From positions 5,693,220 to 5,757,219 of the forward strand of contig MU054323.1 of NCBI GenBank assembly GCA_013239625.1: a stretch of DNA of 64,000 nt. The letters are read 5' to 3'. Shown in pieces: positions 36,229 through 48,682 of the stretch. Source of the DNA: Lama guanicoe. Its lineage: Eukaryota. Numbering within the stretch: position 1 is the stretch's first letter; each line of letters opens with the position of its first letter. The translations under genes and the position numbers were made by a program. The notes below the pieces were generated by a model. That model had not been told where the DNA came from. It was given only the letters and a program-made list of their open reading frames with translations, and made no database searches.

Positions 36229-39137
36229 TTTTTAATCGAGGTATAATATATATGGAATAAAATGCATAAATCTTAAGTATACACTCTAATTTTGAGAAAT
36301 GTATAAACCCATGTAATCACTACTCCAACCAAAAAATGTGTAACATTTCCTTCACCCCTAGAAAGTACCCTCATGCCTCTTTCAGTCGATTCTCCAGACC
36401 CCAGAGGCAACCACTGTTCTGATTTCCATCTGTTCTAGAACTTTATGTAAATGGAGTCGTATGTGTTCGGTGTCTTTCACTCAAGATGTTTTTAAGAGTC
36501 ACCCATCTTGTTGCACATATCAGGAGCTTACAGTTTATTGCTGAGTAATATTCTACGGCTATACTACAGTGTGCCTTATACATTCTTCTGTTGACAGATA
36601 TTTGAGTCGTTTCCAGCTTTTGCTGATTATAAATAAAGCTACTATACACAGTCTTGCACAGTATACTGTCACTCCTCTTGGGTAAATATCTAACAGATTA
36701 GCTGGGCTATAATGTAGTTGCATATATAACTCCATAATAAATCACCTAACAGTTTTCAAAGTGATCAGATTTTACCACCGAGTGCCAGATGTTCTGCATC
36801 CTCTCCAACACTGTAAGAGTTTTTAATTTTAACCATCTAAGTGGGTGTAAGGTGGTATCTTTTTGTGGTTTTAAGGCATGTTTATCCAATTATTGATGGT
36901 GCTGGGTGCTTTCTTTATGTGTTGTTAGCATTTCATATATCTTTCTCTGGAAAGGGTCTGTTCAAAATGGTTCTTGCAAATATTTTCACCGAGCTTGCAA
37001 CTTGTCTTTGAACTTCCTGAAGAGTGTCTTTTGAAGAGCAAATGTTTTTCACTTTAATGAAGTCCAACTGATCAATTTTTCCTCTCTTACAGGTAGTGCC
37101 TTTTAATGTCCTTTAAACAAATTTTGCTTACTGTGGTCAAAAAGATATTTTCCAATATTTTCTTCTAGGAGCCCTATAATTTTACCTTGTATGTTTAAGT
37201 GTGTACATATCTTGAATAATTTTTCGTGTGTACTATAAATTAGGGTTTAAGGTTTAGGGAGTTTTTGATGTATAGCTATCCAGTTGTCCCAACATTATTT
37301 ATTAAAAATATTCCCACTCCCCATTAAATCACACTGTCATTATTGTTGAAAATAAGTTGATTGTATCTGTGTGGATTTGTTTTGGTATTTTCATATCTGT
37401 ACCACTGATCCATCTGTGTACCTTAAAAAAAATTGGCTTTGATCACCATACTTTTACAAAAAGCCTTGAAATCAGATAGGTATTGTCTAACTTTCTTCTT
37501 TTATTCATAAAGTTTTGTCTATTCGAGGTTCTTAGTATTTCCTTATTATTTTTAGAATTAGCCTCTCAATTTCTTAAAAAGAGAAAGCCTGGGGCGATTT
37601 TGATGGGGATTATGTTGAATCTATAGTCCAATTCAGGGAAAATGAACATCTTAATAATAGTGAGTTTTCCAATGTATTAAATGACATATCTCCCCGTCTA
37701 TTAGATTTTCCTTAATTTCTGTTTCATATTTTATAGTAGTATAAAGAGCTAGCACATCTTATGTTAAATATATTCCCATGTATTTTATGTTTTTAATTTA
37801 ATTATATGTAAATGATATTTTTATTCCATTCCATTTTTCATTGTTGCTAAAACATATAAGTGCAACCAATTTTCGTATATTGAACTTTGATCTGTAGAAT
37901 TGCCAAATTCACTTATTTGCTCTAGTAAGTTTTTTTTAATATATATATAGATTTCTCAGGATTTTTTACGTACATTGTCATACAATCTAGAAAGAAAGAC
38001 AGTTTTACTTCTTCTTTTCTAGTCTTTCTATTGTTTTCTTACCTTATTACACTGGCTAAGACCTCTGGTGTAATGTAGACTAGAAATTTTGAGGGTAGAT
38101 ATCCTTGACTTGTTTCTTGGAGGAAAGGTAGCATTTAATGTTTCACTATATGATATGTAATGTTTTGTGTGGGATGTTTGTTGTAGGTTTTCCATAGATT
38201 CCCTTTATCAAACTGATAAAATTCGATTCCATTCTAGTTTGTCAATAGTTTTTATCATGAATGAATGTTGATTTTCCACAGATACTGAGATGATTATGTG
38301 AGGATCTTTTACTCTGATGACATGGTGACCAACATTGGTTGATTTTCTAATGTTAAAGAAATTTTGCATTCTTGGAAGAAACCACAATTGGCCCTTCATA
38401 CGTATTGTTAGATTTGATTCACTGGTAACTTGCTGATGACATCTGTGTTCTTGTATATAAGGATATTGCTCTGTAATTTTCTTTTCTTATATTCTTGTCA
38501 GGTTTTAGCTCTTTGGATTGTCTTTATCATTTGGCTTTTATTTTGTTGATTTCCACTTTTATCTCCTAGATTCTTCTTAGTTTGACTTAAATTTGGTCTT
38601 CACTTTCTGGCTTCTTTAGGTGGAAGTTTAAATAATTCAATAATGAAACATTTCTTTATTTCTAATATAAGCTTTAAAATTTCAAATTTTCCTTAAAGAA
38701 CTAGCTTAGCATAATCTCACTTATTTTGTTAGGTTATATTTCCTTGGTGATTTTGTTTGAGATATTTGCTTATTTTTCTTGTGATTTCTCCTTTGACTCC
38801 TTGGTTATTTACAAGTGCAGTTTTATTTCCAAAAAATCGGGTATTTCCTATATATCTAATTCCAACCATTTGAAATTTACTGAGTCTTGTTTTGTGGTCC
38901 AGAATCTGATCTGTCTTAGTAAATATCCTATGTACACTTAAAGAATATGGAGGGATTTTTCTATGACTGTCAAATAGGTCAGTTTGGATGATGCTGTTCA
39001 AGCATCCTATTTCCTACTGACTTTTTCTCTGTTTGTTCTCTCAATGACTAAGTTATAGATGTTAAAATCTCAATTTATGACTGTTGATTTGTCTATTTCT
39101 GTCTTTAGTTTTCTCAATTTTGGTTCAGATATTTCTG
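36229..39137 (-). mobile_element. Old L1M (MB/MC-like), 3'UTR back to the ORF2 endonuclease, internally deleted
   Basis: 3' end TTTTAATCGAGGTATAAT..AAATGCATAAATCTTAAGT; minus ORF 38208-38399 FLPRMQNFFNIRKSTNVGHHV (RT region) and 38729-39001 IFTKTDQILDHKTRLSKF (EN region). Confidence 0.9.
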
Positions 39138-39157
39138 TTTTCAGTCTACAAATAGTA

Positions 39158-42100
39158 ATCAATGATATAATCAAGGAACAATAAGCAGGACATATTTAAA
39201 GCATACAATTTGATAACTTTTGCCATATGTGTACACATGGGAAACCAGTACCAAAATCAAGATAATGAGCATAACTATCATCTCCAAAAGTTTCTTCATA
39301 TCTTTTTATAATCTAGGCTTGCCTTACCCTCTCCCCATCTCAAGTTTTCTACAGATCTTCTTTCTATCACTGTAAAGTAGCTTGCATTTTCTAGAACTTG
39401 ATATACATGGGAACAAATAGCATGTATCCATTCTGTCTTGATTCTTTCACTCTGGAGAATTATTTTGAGATTCATTCATATTGTTGCATGTACCAGTAGC
39501 TTATTCTTTTTCAGAGCTAATAGCAGCTGATAAGCAGTCTACTATGTGGATGTACCACAATTTAGTTTTTCATCTGGCAGTGGACATTTGGCCTGTTTCT
39601 AAGTTTGAGCTATACTACATAAAGCTTCTATAGACTTTTCTTATAAGTCTTTGTGTTAGATACATGCTTTCTTTTCTCTTGAGTAAATACCTAGGAGTAG
39701 AATGACTGGATTGCATAATAGGTGTACACTTCACTTACCAACAAACTGCCAAATTTTCCCAAAACGATTGTACTAGTTTACATTCTTACCAACAGTTTAT
39801 GAGAATTCCAGTTGCTCCACATCTTTTCCAACAATTAGTAGTCAGTCTTTTTTATTTTTAGCCATTATAGTGTGTGTGTTGTGATATGTCATGTGGTTCT
39901 ACTTGCATTTTCCTAATGACCAAAGATGTTGAACATCTTTCCATGTACTTATTTGTCATCCATATATCTTCTTTGGTGAAGACTATGTGCAAGGTTTTGC
40001 CCCTTTTTTAAATTGGGTTATTTATCTTTTACAATTTTGTCAGATGAGTTTTTATACATTCTTTATAAACAGTCCTTTGTAAGATACATGTTTTGCAAAT
40101 ATTTTCTTACAGTCTATGGCTTGCCTTTTACTTTAAAGAATTAACGTTTTTAACTTTGATGATTTTTCATTATTGAATTTTTCTGTTTATAATCTGGGTT
40201 TTTTTGGACATATTTAAAACATCTTTGCCAAGCCCAAATGCACTAAGATTTTCTCCTATGTTTTCTCCTAACAGTTTTGTAATTTAGCTCTTGCACTTAG
40301 GTCTATGATCTATTTCAAGTTAATTTTTCTATATGGTATGAGCTAAGTGTCAAGATCCATTTTTCTGCATATTGTGATTCTTCCAGCACAGTTGGTTGAA
40401 GAAAAGTCATTTTACCATTAAATGATATTAAGCTTTATAGAAAATCAGTTGGCCAAATATATGCACCTCTGTTTCTTCCGTCTCAATTCTGTTTGATTAA
40501 TCTACCAGCATATATGTATGTCCATAATACAGTTCCTTAATTACTGTAGTTTTATAATCAGCCTTGAAATCAAACTCTGTTCTTCTTTTTCAAAGTTGTT
40601 TTAGTTATTCTGGATCCTATGTATTCCTATAGAAACTTTAGAATCTGCTTACAAATTTATAGAAAAAGAAGACTGCTAGAGTCTAATTGAAATTCACTGG
40701 AATTTATACATCAATTTGGAGAGAACTGACTTCTTGACACTATTATATCTTTACATCATGAAAATAGTTTACATCTCCAGTTATTTGTGTTTTCTTTAAG
40801 GCTCTCAGCAAAGCTCTTTAGTTTCTAGGGTACAGCTGGCATGATTTTTGTCAAATTTATCCCTATGTATTTCACACTTACACTATTTTTAATACAGTCG
40901 TTTTTAAATTTTTCATTCTCTGATTGCTCATTGTTGCATATAGTAATGGTTGGAATACATACAATTGATTTTTGTGTCAATCTTACATCCTGTAATTTTT
41001 CTAAATTTTTCTAAGTTTATTAGTTTTATAAGGGCTTTGTTGTAAATTCCTTAGGGTTTTTTACCTGGATGATCATGTCATTTACAAAGAAAGTATATTC
41101 GTCTCCAGTTTGGATGTTTTTTATTTCTTGCATTAAGGCAATTGCTAGTTTCTCTAGTACAATGTTGAATGGAACTGGGGAGAGCAGACATTCGTACTTT
41201 CTTTCTGATCTTAAGTGGAAAGCATTAATTCTTTCAGAATTAAGTATACTACTTGCTATAAATTATTCATAGGTTCACTCCATCAGGTTAAGAAAATCTA
41301 CTTCTATCTCTAGTTTGCTGTAAGTTTTTATCACATGTCATATGCTTTTGCTGCATCAGTTGAGGTGAGCAGAGGAGGTTTTTGTAGTCTGCTAATATGG
41401 TAAATGACATTGACTGAGTTTTCAAATTTGAACCTATTTTGCATTTTGGGGTTTAACCCCACTTGGTCATGATACATTATTCTTTTTATGTAGTGTTGAA
41501 CCTAATTAGCTAAAACTCAAAATGTTTATCTATTTTTATAAGGGACGTTGGTCTGCCAATTTCTTTTCTTATAATATCTATCCCTCAGTTCAGTATCAGA
41601 GTAATTCTGGCCTCATAGAATGAGTTGGTTCTTTAAATTTCATTCTCTGATTTTCTGGAAGAGCATGCAGAATTGGTATCTTTTTTTCCCTTTAAGTATT
41701 TCTAGAATTCACCAGTGAAGTCATTTGAACCTAGAGTTTATTTATGGGAATGTCTTTTACCTACAAATTCAATTCCTTTACTAGACATAGAGCTTTTCAG
41801 ATTATCTATTTCTTTTAGAATACAGTCTGGTAGTTTGTGTCTTTTGAGTAGTCTATCCATTTTATTGAAATTATCAAACTCATGGTCATAAAATTGTTTC
41901 TAATATTCCTGTATTATATTTTCATGTTTGTAGAATCTTTAGTGCTGTTCCCTCTCTTATTTCTGATATTGGCAATTTGTATCTTTTCTTTTTTTCCCTG
42001 TTCTGTATTGCTTGGGTTTATCAATTTTATTGATCTTCTCAAGGGACTGCATTTTAATTTCATTGCTTATTCTTACTGTTTTTGTTTTTTCTATTTCACT

Positions 42101-42535
42101 GATTTCTGGTCTTGGCTTTATTATTTCCTTTTTCATGCTTACTTTGTGTTTCATGCCTTCTTTTTCTAGTTTCTAAAGTGGAAGCTTAGGTCAAGGGTCA
42201 GCAAAAGTTTTCCATAAAGGATCAGAGAATAATCATCTTAGGTTTTGAGATTCATATGATCCCTGTTGCAACTAATCAACTCTATTGTTGTAGCATGAAA
42301 GAAGCCATAGACAATATGTAAATGAATGAACATGGCTGTGTTTCAATAAAACTTTGTTTATAAAAACAGGCAGCAGGTTCAGTTTTGCTCATCTGCCATA
42401 ATTTGACAAGTCTCAGTTAATCATCAGTTTGAGACCTTTCATCTTTCTAACATAGGCACTTAGTGCGATAAATTTCTAAGTACTATTTTAGATGCATCCC
42501 ACAAATTTTCACTCATCATATTTTTTATTTTTATT
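39158..42535 (-). mobile_element. Second old L1M (MD/ME-like) in tandem, interrupted by MER58
   Basis: New 3' end ACATATTTAAAGCATACAATTTGATAACTTTTG..CCAAAATCAAGATAATGAGCAT; minus ORF 41957-42154 KKEIIKPRPEISEIEK..LEKINKIDKP is the ORF2 linker. Confidence 0.9.
42192..42415 (+). mobile_element. MER58A-like hAT MITE nested in L1
   Basis: CAAGGGTCAGCAAA..TCAACTCTATTGTTGTAGCATGAAAGAAGCCATAGACAATATGTAAATGAATGAACATGGCTGTGTTTCAATAAAACTTT. Confidence 0.9.
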
Positions 42536-42909
42536 GGAAAATGGAGAACGCTTTGGTCATTGACTATGAATCTGGTCTTTACTATTCTCAATCACCACTA
42601 CCTCTGTGGGCTCAGAGTTACTCCTTGTGGTGGTGTTACTAACTGAATGCAAGCTGGGCATGAAACCTCCACCACTGCTATCAAGGCTTCTGTACCCTCC
42701 TTTCTCTGCACCCTGCATGTGAGGCAATGTCAGTTTCCAAAAATTTTCAAAGATGCCCAAACCCCAGACCCCTTTCCAGCATCCCTTCCCCAACTATATC
42801 TCCTCCACTTCTTGAATAGAACAGCTTGATCCCCACCCCCTCCATTATCCTGAAATACAGAGACTGCAAGTTTACTTATACCTGAGGATGGCTTGATGGG
42901 GGAAGGGAC

Positions 42910-43296
42910 TGCATTCATTTAGGTCCCTGAGAAGTCAAAACAGGAGTAGACATGCAAAAGACTGGCTGGAGAAGGGAGCAGGGGAATAAAGGGACCATCT
43001 TCAGATTACGGTGCAGATCTGACATTTCTAAAAGGACAGCAGGAAGGAAAGAGGACTCTGAAGGAAGCATCTTGGACAGCAGCACAGTTTCAAGAAAGAT
43101 TCTGCAAGGCCACCGGAAATACTCAAGCCAAATTCATCTTTCGGAGCAGGCCTGCATCCTGCTGAAATGGGCCTGCCTTAGCACCCGTGCTATGCTTAGT
43201 CATTGTTTAGAAACAGCCTTCAGGAAATACAACCTTAGTGTGAATTCAGTGGTGGATCCCATAAAGACCTTGGAAAGAACTTCCAAACTGTCCACA
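42910..43296 (-). mobile_element. LTR16-family ERVL solo LTR
   Basis: CTTCAGATTACGGTGCAGATCTGACA..GCAGCACAGTTTCAAGAAAG..CTCAAGCCAAA..GAAATGGGCCTGCCTTAGCACCC..CTTAGTCATTG..GTGGTGGATCC. Confidence 0.75.
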
Positions 43297-44469
43297 GCAA
43301 CTGAATTCTATCTCCCGTTAGTAAAGGAAGTGGATGGAGAACAGCAGGCGCCTTTATCCCTTGTTGGTTTATGGCGGCCACAGTCATCAAGAAGCAGATC
43401 TCACTCCTCTCACCATGAGACACCGGTGCCAACGGAACCATTGAAAAACCTTCCACACACTGACAGTACTCACCCTCCCTAGCAATGACACCTGTCGAAA
43501 CAACACTTGACAGATATATCTTGCCCTGCTCCAAACTGCATGAACCACAGAAAAATATACCTGCTCCAATAAAACGGCCCAATGTTATTGTAAGGGCCAC
43601 TAAATGTACTTCTCTGCACTTCATCAGCAGAATGTGCCAGCAGTGGTGTGTGCTGTTATGCACATCACAGCTATAAATTTCTTGACGGCTGCCCAATGGT
43701 GAGAGCCACTGAAGCATTAGAGGATGAGACCAACGCAGTGATGGGCGGATATAAATTCTGCACCCATGGAGATGGAAACCTCGATTGGGTGGTATGTCTT
43801 TGAAGGCAAAGCAGATTCAGCCCAGTGGATCTTTGAGTCTGCACTAAAGGATTAGTGAAGCCAGAGTGGCGGAGACTAAACCAGCCAGAACACAGGCGGG
43901 CGACGTTGCACGACTTCTTCAGGAGCAATTCTCTCATACACTACGGCAAACACCTCCTGGAGTCCCATAGGGAAAACACTCCATCGGGTGAACTGAAGCA
44001 AGGGGGTAAAACCAAAAGCTAGCACTACATTCTCACCTCCTCACCTCCTTGCACCATCATGTGCAAGCTCTCAGGCCACACGGCTTCCTCTTCCAGCAGA
44101 GCTGTTACTATCTAGAGACGGCCTGTGAAAATCACTGAAGACCTAATAGGCCTTTGTTTCTGGCAATAAACGCTGCCTCCTTGGTCACTCAGAATGCCTC
44201 AGAAACTGCTTTCAGCATTTGAAGGCTCTGTGGTTCCTCAGCTGTGCACCTGCTCCCTGAAGCTGGGCTCTCGGAAGGAGAAGGGTTGGGCAGTGGCTGT
44301 CCATACAGATAGAGCAGCCCAGGGCTCTGGACAGCTCCAGGCAGAGGCCAGAGTGCAGGACTGATATTTATCAACGGTGTCCCTGGGAGGCACTTTACCG
44401 AAGTCCTCTAACCTGCAGAACTGCTGTTAAATAGCATGCTGTTTTAAAGACTATTTTTCATTCTTATTA

Positions 44470-44560
44470 AATTAATTCATTTATTCATCGTATACCATCG
44501 TATTGAGGTCCTGTCTGTGCAAACCCTCTACTAGGCACCTGGGATTCAAGGATCAACCAG
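44470..44560 (-). mobile_element. L2 3'-end fragment
   Basis: ATTCATTTATTCATC..TATTGAGGTCCTGTCTGTGCAAACCCTCTACTAGGCACCTGGGATTCAAGGAT. Confidence 0.6.
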
Positions 44561-44711
44561 AGGCTGTTGAAACTGTCCGAGGGAGCAGCTTGGTCCTGGA
44601 TCAAGGTCATGGAAGCTGAAGGGAAGGGATGTGGGCGGATTAGAGGTATTTAAGAAGACTAAGACCTAGCCATCCCTGAGCATCACCATATGCCAGGCAG
44701 ATAGTTTGTCT

Positions 44712-45269
44712 TCCACAACCTATAGTCTTCAGGGCTTGTTTCAATATGAAAATCCAGGAAACACGGGGCCACTTGTTCCAAAAGCAGGAAAAACTGTTCC
44801 CTTCTTCCTCACTCTCTCCACCTCTCTGGACTGCAGCAACCTTCCAAGGGCTCACAGGCTACTGTAAGACCTTAAGCCAAAGTTTTGTACGTGAGGAGAC
44901 CTGCACCTTCCTGGAATGGGCCTGCCTCACAGATATGCGCTGGGCCAGCCCAGTCCATCACAGGTCCCGCGCTGTAAGTTGGTGCCACACCCTTGCCCAG
45001 GTCCCTTCTGGGAACAGAGGGTGGCGGAAGCTGCTGGGTCAAGGCAGAGGAGTGAGCAGCTATGAGCCTGTCCTGGGGATGTGGTAGGAGCACGGGACCC
45101 CCAGCATAGCTCTATTTCCATGTTCCACTGGACTTCACTTACAAAACACAAGTTCAAAGATAATGTCAAGTCAGCAAGCCCGGAACATTAAACCCCAAGT
45201 GCAGGGGTTGAGCACAGGGCTTTCGCCTTTTGCAGCTGCCCTGGTCACACAGCCATGAAGCTAGCTCTC
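44712..45269 (-). mobile_element. MER45B/C-like hAT-Tip100 element
   Basis: Both ends recognisable: AATATGAAAAT..CGGGGCCACTTGTTCCAAAAGCAGG and GGACTTCACTTACAAAACACAAGTTCAAAGATAA..CATTAAACCCCAAGTGC..CATGAAGCTAGCTCT. Confidence 0.8.
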
Positions 45270-46735
45270 ATGCCAGCCACTGTGTTAGACTCTGGGATAC
45301 CTGGGATACAAGAATGAATCAGATGCAATTCCCACCCACCCACTGTGACCAGGCAGGGAACTGCAGGATACTCTTGGGACTTAGAGGGAGGTTTGACAGA
45401 GGAAAAGAGGTCGAATTGGAGCATAAACTGTTATGCGCTGCAGGAGGAAAGGGGAAGTGGAGGAGAGGAACCTTCCAGCAGAAGGAACAGCAAGTGCAAG
45501 GGTCTAGAGGTGAGACCAGAGAAAGCTGGGTACATCTGGGGCATGACAGCTGCTGTTGCTCAGAGAAACTACAATGAGAATTTAGGGAGGGAAGATGAGA
45601 CTGGAGAGGCAAATGGATAAAGGCTGATGAAAAAGTGGTTAAGAATTTTTTTTTAACGATACTAAAGGCAAAGGGAACACCCTAAAGAGTTTGAAGATGA
45701 GACAGGATCTAATTCTTACTTGTGTTTCAGAAGTAATGCTCTAGAGATTCAACTGGAGCTGGCTAGGTCTAGGAGCAAGAAGTCCAGCTTTGGGTAGGGT
45801 GTATGATGCCAGGTTTGAAAACATTCCAGGCAAAAGAAATCACGGTAACCTGGAGTCGACTGGTCATGAAAAACTGAAAGGAAAATACATCAGTGCAGTA
45901 CAACATGATAGGTCCACACAGGAGACAGCACAGTGTCATGAAAGCCGAGAAGAGGGGTCCCAGGTTGGAAGGTGAGGAAGTCGTGCCCACTCTGCCTCGT
46001 GAGAAATGAGTCGATGTTTGTGGGTGAATGGGAGCAGGGTGGGGATAAAGAGTTTCAGGCAGAGGAAACTGCAGAGGTGTGGAGATACGAGCAGGCTGTC
46101 TTCTAAGGACTAGAGCTTTCATATGGCTGGAACAGAGAGTGAAAAGCAAGACTGGCCAGAGATGAGGATGGAGAAACAAGCAGCAGTCAGACACAACAAT
46201 TCAGAAGATCAGGCTTTGTGCTGAACACAATGGGGAGCCAAAGATTTAAGCAAATTTCACTCTGGAAAGGTCACTCTGTCACCTGTACCAAAGTTGGATT
46301 GGGGTCGGGCAAGACCGGAGGCCAGGAGCTCAGTTAGGAAACTGGTACCATAATCCAGGTCAAACGTCCCAGTAGCCTAAAGTCAGAAAGTGGCGGGGGT
46401 TGGAGAGAGATTAAGAGGGCAAAATTGTAAGATCTCGTGGACAATTGAATGTAACAGGTGAGAAAGAGCAGGGGGTCGGTCACAGAGGATGTCCGCATTT
46501 CTGGAGACTGTGTAGATAGTGGTCCCTTGAGCTAGGAACCACAGTGGAGGAGCAAACAGGAAAGGGGAGAGGAAGGGCTCAGCTTCTCCCCTGTTCTCGT
46601 GGAGCTGCTCATGAGCCATTCAGGTGAGACGTTCGACAGACATTGGGATGGAGGGATCTGGCACAAGGTAAGGATTCTGGGCTTGGGTATGGGGTTGAGA
46701 GTTTTCAGTATACCCTTAATAATGAAACCACAATG
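45270..46735 (-). mobile_element. Two adjacent L2 3' portions
   Basis: TGCCAGCCACTGTGTTAGACTCTGGGATAC..TTCCAGCAGAAGGAACAGCAAGTGCAAGGG; second copy TTTCAGGCAGAGGAAAC..CAATGGGGAGCCA..GAAAGGTCACTCTG..CAGTTAGGA..ATAATCCAGG. Confidence 0.75.
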
Positions 46736-47410
46736 CAGGTGTGAGGTCTGTCCTACAATTATAACCGTGACAGGGGGAGCAGCATCCTCCCTGGCCAAGA
46801 AGCACCATCACTCGTGCATTCAGGCAAGTACTGGGATCACGTTGCTGAGGGGAGGCTGGACTTCCAGATCTCAAAAATGCCTTCAGTGGAGCCTCGGAGT
46901 CATCAGGCTTTTCTGCCATCTAACATTTATATTACTTTTCACATCATAAGAAAGTTCAATTTAACTTTGGAGTCAGATGCTCTAAAGCGAGGCTTCAAAT
47001 TACATTTCCTAGAAGAATGTGTGCAATCTCATGCTGTCTTCCAGGCTTCTCCTCGTCTCGGGCCCCCCGCCCCCACCAACACTTTCCTCATCTTCTTTGT
47101 ACCCCCAAACTGCGATCCCCCAGCCTGCTCTATCTCCCTTCCCCACTAACCCGCCTGCCCTCTCTTCTGCTTGCCCTGGTAATTCCCATCATATGTCTCT
47201 GTGACTGATGAATAGGAAGTTAATCAGAGTGCAGTCAGCTGTACCTTTGAATCATGGACTCATTTTGAGTTGTCTTAATTGAACCATCTCCCTGGGAAAG
47301 ATGAACTGTAGATAACAATCAGGAAGCCTTGTGCAAAGGGTAAAGAGACGAGTCTTCTAAAATGAATATACGTCAAAGTCAGATGACAAGAAGCTTAGGT
47401 TCACCTAAAA

Positions 47411-47513
47411 TCATTCAGTCAGCTAATCATCACTCAATAGCTGTTTACCATGTGCCCCACACCATGCTGGGATCTCAGGAATTCAGGTTTGCGGCTGTCT
47501 CTGCCCTCAAGCT
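47411..47513 (-). mobile_element. L2 3'-end fragment
   Basis: TCATTCAGTCAG..TACCATGTGCCCCACACCATGCTGGG..GTCTCTGCCCTCAAG. Confidence 0.6.
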
Positions 47514-48682
47514 ATTTTTATGCCTTTGTCTGGTGAAATCTGAAGATGATTTGGGGAAGGATGAGCTTGAAGGTCAGCTTCCCTGTGAAAAAGATGATGG
47601 ACTGAGAAAGTGGCCCAAGTATGAAAACCCTCTTAGCATGGGTTAGTTTCACCTGCTAGAAAGAAGCAAAGGAGAGTGCAGTAGACTCTGGCTAGTTCCT
47701 TTCCAAACTATTTCCCTTCCTTTGCCAGACAGAGCCGCGCCAGGCTACACACACTTCCTTGCAGTTGAGCGTATGAGATTTCTGGCCACTTGGCTCCATC
47801 AATCCCAGTACATCCAGACCACCCCTCCTCCAGTTAGAGAAATGTGACCCATTTAGAGAGCACTTCAAAAAGCAGTGCCTTCCTCTCACTGGCAGAAGCT
47901 GTGAAGCCAAACTGATCTGCAAAGTCCATCCCCAACTATTTCAAGGAGCAAGTGAGCCCATTCTACTTCCTGGATACAGGAAAGTTTAAAATCAGAGTCT
48001 TCAGGCAGGAGAGTCAGAGCCCTTCTTAGCGTCTCTGGAAATCCTGCTCAGAAGTCTCTGATTATTCAGAATCAGAAAGGACAGAGGCCAGCTTCAACTA
48101 AAACTAAATTCCGGTCAGTGACTGCACTCAGGAAGAATAATTAGCAAAGACAATCAGGCACTATTTATCCTTCTATCACAAGGAAAAATCATTGGTTACC
48201 CTCAGCAAGTCTATGTATCACCATTCTAGCTGTCAGTCCCAGAGAATACTAATTTAGCTTGGGCCCCTGCTATGAAATGCAACCCAGCTGATATTCAAAC
48301 ATGCATAAACATCATCATTTGCTAATAGTGGTTAATGGCTTTAATCACAGAATAAAACAAATCAATAATTAACCTTAGCAGTAGAAGTGCAACTTGGATT
48401 CAAAACTAATGAATTCACTAATGATTCTTGCTGCCATTAGTACATATACATCAAGGTAAATACACAGAAATGTGCCCATTTCCAAGTAGCTAATCTATTC
48501 ATAAATATCAGATTCTGACTCCAACTTGGACATAAAGATAGACAACAAATAATACATCTACAAAGATTTCTCTAATTTATTAAGAAAACTATAAGCTTAC
48601 ATGTAAAAGAATTTATTTACCACCCCACCCCCATTAAATACCAGGTGTCTGCCAGAAGCAGGTGGCAGAGAACAGTAGAGCA

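Noticed and set aside
42952..43482. 176-aa ORF
   Set aside because: Runs antisense through an LTR16-type LTR and has no protein features
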